Below are positions 33,088 through 36,582 of a stretch of 36,582 bases of DNA, in pieces. A model generated the notes under the pieces. That model made no database searches. It was not told where the DNA came from and was given only the letters and a program-made list of their open reading frames with translations. The number at the start of each line of letters is the position of its first letter. The first letter of the stretch is position 1. This DNA comes from an uncultured Flavobacteriaceae bacterium (GTDB lineage Bacteria; Bacteroidota; Bacteroidia; Flavobacteriales; Flavobacteriaceae): the NCBI GenBank assembly GCA_964479055.1, contig CAYZKX010000002.1:1-36582 (forward strand), given 5' to 3'. The position numbers and the translations under genes were made by a program.

Positions 33088-34405
33088 CCTTTACTCTAAT
33101 TTCATTCAAGGCCTCACCAACTGCATTAAAGGAGATGCTATGGTTTTTAAAATGTTCTAATAGTTGTGCTTTTTCTTTTTCGCTAGCTTTGTACTGATTC
33201 AAAATATTCATCAAATGCATTTTCATATGTCCTTCTTGAATTCCTGTAGTAATCAAGGATCTTAAAGCACTAAAATTTTGAGCAAGCCCTGCAACGGCAA
33301 CAATTTTCATGAGATCTTGTGCGCTAGGTTCTCCTAACAATTGAAGGGCAAACTTCACTAAAGGGTGTAATTTGGTTAAGCCACCTACAGTTCCTAAAGC
33401 TAGTGGTATTTCAATCCAAAACTTGAAGACACCATTTTCTATGATGGCATGTGACAGACTACGGTAAGCGCCATCTTTACAAGCATAGGCGTGAACCCCA
33501 GCCTCAACGGCTCTAAAGTCGTTTCCAGTGGCCAGCACAACAGCATCTATGCCATTCATAATGCCTTTGTTGTGGGTAACCGCTCTATAGGGTTCTACTT
33601 CAGCAATTTGAACTGCCTGAACAAATTTATCGGCGAACCGTTCAGATGTAATGCCATTAGATCCTTGTAGTTCTGAAACAGGACAACTCACTTCGGCACG
33701 AACCAAACAATTTGGAACATAATTAGACAGAATACTCATTATGATGTCTAATTGATGGTTATTGGTTTGAAATTCAGAATAGTTTTCAGATTCTTCTTTT
33801 AGGGTCTTCGCCAATTGTTCAAGACAGGAGTTAATAAAATTAGCACCCATGGCGTCCATTGTCTCAAACTCAACATGTAATTGATAGTAATTATTAAGGT
33901 CTTGAGATTTGTCAATTATTCTAAGGGCCTTCAATCCACCACCTCGTCGCTCCATATTCATTGTTAATTGTTTGACGGACTCTAATAATCTTGGCTTAAT
34001 GACTTTAAAAAACTCATTTAAAACATTGAATTCACCGCTAAAACTGAAGTGTACCTGACCTGTTTTTTGAGTGCCAAGTACCTCGGCCTTGAATCCACCA
34101 CGATCGAGCCAAAACTTAGCAGCTTTACTGGCTGCCGCTACCACAGAGCTTTCTTCAATAACCATAGGAATAGTATGAATACTACCATTGATCATAAAAT
34201 TAGGCGCCACAGCAAAGGGTAAATAATAATTGCTTAGTGTATTTTCAATAAACTCGTCGTGCAGATTTTGAAGTTGCTGGTCGCTATTCCAATACTGCTT
34301 TAATATATTCTTAGCCGTGTCGTCATCAGAAAAATAAGTACTGGTAATCCAGTCAATTTTTTGAGTTTTGGAAAGTTTTGAAAAGCCTTTTACTGATTTT
34401 TGCAT
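33071..34405 (-). CDS. mvaA: Class II hydroxymethylglutaryl-CoA reductase
   Basis: Class II signatures 'ETMDAMGANFIN' and 'ALGTVGGLTKLHP'. The protein is ~444 aa and soluble. Confidence 0.9.
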   Translation of the reverse strand: MQKSVKGFSKLSKTQKIDWITSTYFSDDDTAKNILKQYWNSDQQLQNLHDEFIENTLSNYYLPFAVAPNFMINGSIHTIPMVIEESSVVAAASKAAKFWLDRGGFKAEVLGTQKTGQVHFSFSGEFNVLNEFFKVIKPRLLESVKQLTMNMERRGGGLKALRIIDKSQDLNNYYQLHVEFETMDAMGANFINSCLEQLAKTLKEESENYSEFQTNNHQLDIIMSILSNYVPNCLVRAEVSCPVSELQGSNGITSERFADKFVQAVQIAEVEPYRAVTHNKGIMNGIDAVVLATGNDFRAVEAGVHAYACKDGAYRSLSHAIIENGVFKFWIEIPLALGTVGGLTKLHPLVKFALQLLGEPSAQDLMKIVAVAGLAQNFSALRSLITTGIQEGHMKMHLMNILNQYKASEKEKAQLLEHFKNHSISFNAVGEALNEIRVKDADIL

Positions 34406-34425
34406 TAATAGTTGATTAGACTTAG

Positions 34426-34433
34426 CAAAGATA
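34426..34433 (-). promoter_or_regulatory. Candidate -7 box (TAnnTTTG) for the HMG-CoA reductase / GHMP kinase operon
   Basis: The minus strand reads 'TATCTTTG', an exact consensus match, and ends 20 nt upstream of the ATG at 34405. No -33 element was identified. Confidence 0.3.
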
Positions 34434-34630
34434 ATATTATGGTATGAATATTGTCTGTATCATGAGCAGATTGCCGATTTAACAGTCAATAGTTACGGTT
34501 TTCTGCATATTTTTTAGTAAACTTGACAATACTTTAATATCGTAATGGCTTATATAGTTATTTTTACTTCCACTTATTTAAAAGCACATTACCATTTCAA
34601 TTAATTTAATTACTAACTAATATTTAACTT

Positions 34631-36067
34631 ATGAATACAGCAGTAAAGCAGCCTCATGAAAAACAACTTCTTGGTCATCCAGTAGGATTGTACGTGTTAT
34701 TTTTTGTTGAGATGTGGGAGCGTTTTTCCTATTATGGCATGAGAGCTCTTCTAACACTATTTTTGATAGCTCCAGTAATAGTAGGTGATCCACAATCGGG
34801 TTACGGTTGGTCCAATGCCGAGACTATTGCTTTTTATGGTACTTACACAATGTTCGTTTATTTGACGTCAATTCCAGGAGGATGGATAGCAGATAAATTT
34901 ATAGGTCAGAAGAAAGCGGTAATGTTAGGCGGATTATTATTGTGTTTAGGACATGGTATATTGGCAGTTGATGCTCAGTGGGCATTTTTCTCAGGATTGG
35001 TATTGATTGTAATTGGTGTTGGATTTTTAAAGCCAAATATTTCTTCAATGGTTGGCGGTTTGTATAAAAAAGGAGATGACAGAAGAGATAGAGGATTTTA
35101 TATTTTCTATATAGGTATAAATTTGGGCGCATTTTTAGGGGCTTTAATTGTTGGTGCCGTAGCAGCAAAATACGGATGGCATTATGGTTTCGGTTTAGCA
35201 GGTATTGGTATGGCGTTAGGTCAAATTGTTTATCTCTATGGACAAAAATACCTTAAAGGTGTTGGCGAATTTTCAGGTGGTACAAAAGCCTCTTTAGAAG
35301 AACAAGAAGCTAGAAAAAGACCATTAACAAAGATTGAAAAGGACCGAATGTTAGTTATGTTTTTATCCTTTTTAATTGTAATTGTTTTTTGGGGAGCCTT
35401 TGAACAAGCAGGAGGTTTAATGAGTATTTATACCGAGCAGAAAACGGACCGAATGTTATCATTCTCTTTGCCTTTGATTGGTAATGAGGTGCCTGCCGCA
35501 GTGTTTCAATCGATAAACGCATTTTTCATTATAACTTTAGGAACAATAGTAGGAACATTTTGGTATAGGTGGGGAAAGAAGGGAAAAGAATCCTCCTCAT
35601 TGTTTAAGATGGCAATTGGTGTTGTTATTATGGGCTTTGGTTTCTTCTTTATGAGTAAAGCGTCTACAGAAGTAGTAATGGATGGCGAGAATATAATTGA
35701 AAAATCAGCAATGATTTGGTTAGTATTGGCCTATTTATTTCATACGCTTGGTGAATTATGTACATCGCCAGTTGCGCTTTCGTTTATTACTAAGTTAGCA
35801 CCATTAAAATATGCGTCATTTATGATGGGGGCATATTTTGCCGCAACAGGTTTAGGGAATAAACTTGCTGGTTTAGTTGGTGGTATTTCTGAAAATGCTG
35901 GAGAATTTCAAACATTTACGGGGATAGCCATTTTCTGTACATTGTTTGGTATATTAATTATTGCAATATTAAAACCACTAAAGCGTCTCACACATGGTGC
36001 TGAAGATTTAGATGGTACAAGTCATGAAGAAGCTGAAGGTTTTGAATTGGCCGATGGCTCAAATTAA
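34631..36067 (+). CDS. Proton-dependent oligopeptide transporter (POT/PTR2 family, DtpT-like)
   Basis: PTR2 signatures 'GHPVGLYVLFFVEMWERFSYYGMRALL' and 'FYIFYIGINLGAF', with about 12-14 TM helices. Confidence 0.9.
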   Translation: MNTAVKQPHEKQLLGHPVGLYVLFFVEMWERFSYYGMRALLTLFLIAPVIVGDPQSGYGWSNAETIAFYGTYTMFVYLTSIPGGWIADKFIGQKKAVMLGGLLLCLGHGILAVDAQWAFFSGLVLIVIGVGFLKPNISSMVGGLYKKGDDRRDRGFYIFYIGINLGAFLGALIVGAVAAKYGWHYGFGLAGIGMALGQIVYLYGQKYLKGVGEFSGGTKASLEEQEARKRPLTKIEKDRMLVMFLSFLIVIVFWGAFEQAGGLMSIYTEQKTDRMLSFSLPLIGNEVPAAVFQSINAFFIITLGTIVGTFWYRWGKKGKESSSLFKMAIGVVIMGFGFFFMSKASTEVVMDGENIIEKSAMIWLVLAYLFHTLGELCTSPVALSFITKLAPLKYASFMMGAYFAATGLGNKLAGLVGGISENAGEFQTFTGIAIFCTLFGILIIAILKPLKRLTHGAEDLDGTSHEEAEGFELADGSN

Positions 36068-36078
36068 ACTGTAGAAAC

Positions 36079-36582
36079 ATGAGTCAGGAATCATCTACAG
36101 CAAAGTTTTTTGAAAACCCCGTTCTAGGACATCCATCTGGTTTATTTGTGCTCTTTTTTACCGAAATGTGGGAACGTTTCTCATATTACGGTATGCGTGC
36201 CCTTTTGGTGCTATTCTTTACAGCATCGCTAATGGACGAAGGTTGGGGTTGGCCACGAGAACACGCAATGGCATTATTTGGCACCTACACAGGTTTGGTA
36301 TATCTCTCTACTATGTTGGGTGGTTATTTTGCCGATAAGATCATTGGATATCGTTATGCCGTAGCGGTTGGAGCATTGCTAATGACCTTAGGTCATGCCT
36401 GTATGGCCATGGAAACACAATTTTTTATCTACACCGGTTTGACCTTATTGGTTTTTGGAAGTGGATTCTTTAAACCCAATATGACCTCAATCATTTCTGA
36501 AATGTATAAGAACCATCAGAATAAGAAGGATGGGGCGTATACCATTTTCTATATGGGCGTTAACGCTGGAGCATTTCTAGGG
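36079..36582 (+). CDS. Second POT/PTR2-family peptide transporter; N-terminal 168 codons only, continues past the window end
   Basis: ATG 36079, then 'GHPSGLFVLFFTEMWERFSYYGMRALL...FTIFYMGVNAGAF'. The frame is open to the last base. It is absent from the ORF track because no stop lies in the window. Confidence 0.85.
   Translation, partial: MSQESSTAKFFENPVLGHPSGLFVLFFTEMWERFSYYGMRALLVLFFTASLMDEGWGWPREHAMALFGTYTGLVYLSTMLGGYFADKIIGYRYAVAVGALLMTLGHACMAMETQFFIYTGLTLLVFGSGFFKPNMTSIISEMYKNHQNKKDGAYTIFYMGVNAGAFLG

Overview
The window reads as an ordinary chromosomal segment of a marine Flavobacteriia (Bacteroidota) genome. Supporting signs are several type IX secretion (T9SS) C-terminal sorting domains, TAnnTTTG-type -7 promoter boxes, a coaX-to-LptC-like envelope operon, mevalonate-pathway genes, and roughly 40% GC by hand sampling. 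I support 37 protein-coding genes (two cut by the window edges), one tRNA-Phe(GAA), two decayed T9SS-tail gene fragments, about nine intrinsic terminators and a few candidate promoters or operators.

Layout:
- 1-7.7 kb: a beta-glucan-related module with a GPH-type sugar symporter, a signal-peptide-less GH17, a 1098-aa FG-GAP/ASPIC lipoprotein and two paralogous T9SS cargo proteins.
- 7.7-9.4 kb: an ArsR-like regulator, a PAP2 phosphatase and a short SSB.
- 9.6-16.4 kb: eleven tightly packed same-strand genes for small enzymes (metallophosphoesterase, ATP-grasp, GIY-YIG, DinB, GNAT-ureohydrolase-GNAT, Zn-ribbon, GIDE-like).
- 16.4-22.2 kb: a CBS protein and M28 and M13 peptidases.
- 23-32 kb: a threonine-dehydrogenase-like SDR, tRNA-Phe, then coaX, an outer-membrane protein, a TPR protein, an LptC-like protein, a CNNM-family protein and a PpiD-like protein.
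- 32-36.6 kb: a GHMP kinase, a class II HMG-CoA reductase and two tandem POT peptide transporters.

I found no CRISPR array, transposase, integrase, phage genes or recognisable defence system, and I cannot honestly name a clear new system. The most unusual things I can see directly are:
- An uncharacterised ~150-aa domain present three times in two tandem T9SS cargo genes next to the GH17.
- Two orphan T9SS C-terminal-domain fragments, each wedged between a gene's stop codon and the terminator.
- A decamer-periodic repeat conserved 19/20 nt at two promoter-proximal sites 3.4 kb apart.
- A shared operator-like motif in front of the ArsR-like gene and the PAP2 gene.
- An overlapping DinB-GNAT-ureohydrolase-GNAT-Zn-ribbon gene string.

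All family calls come from motif recognition by eye. No searches were run.
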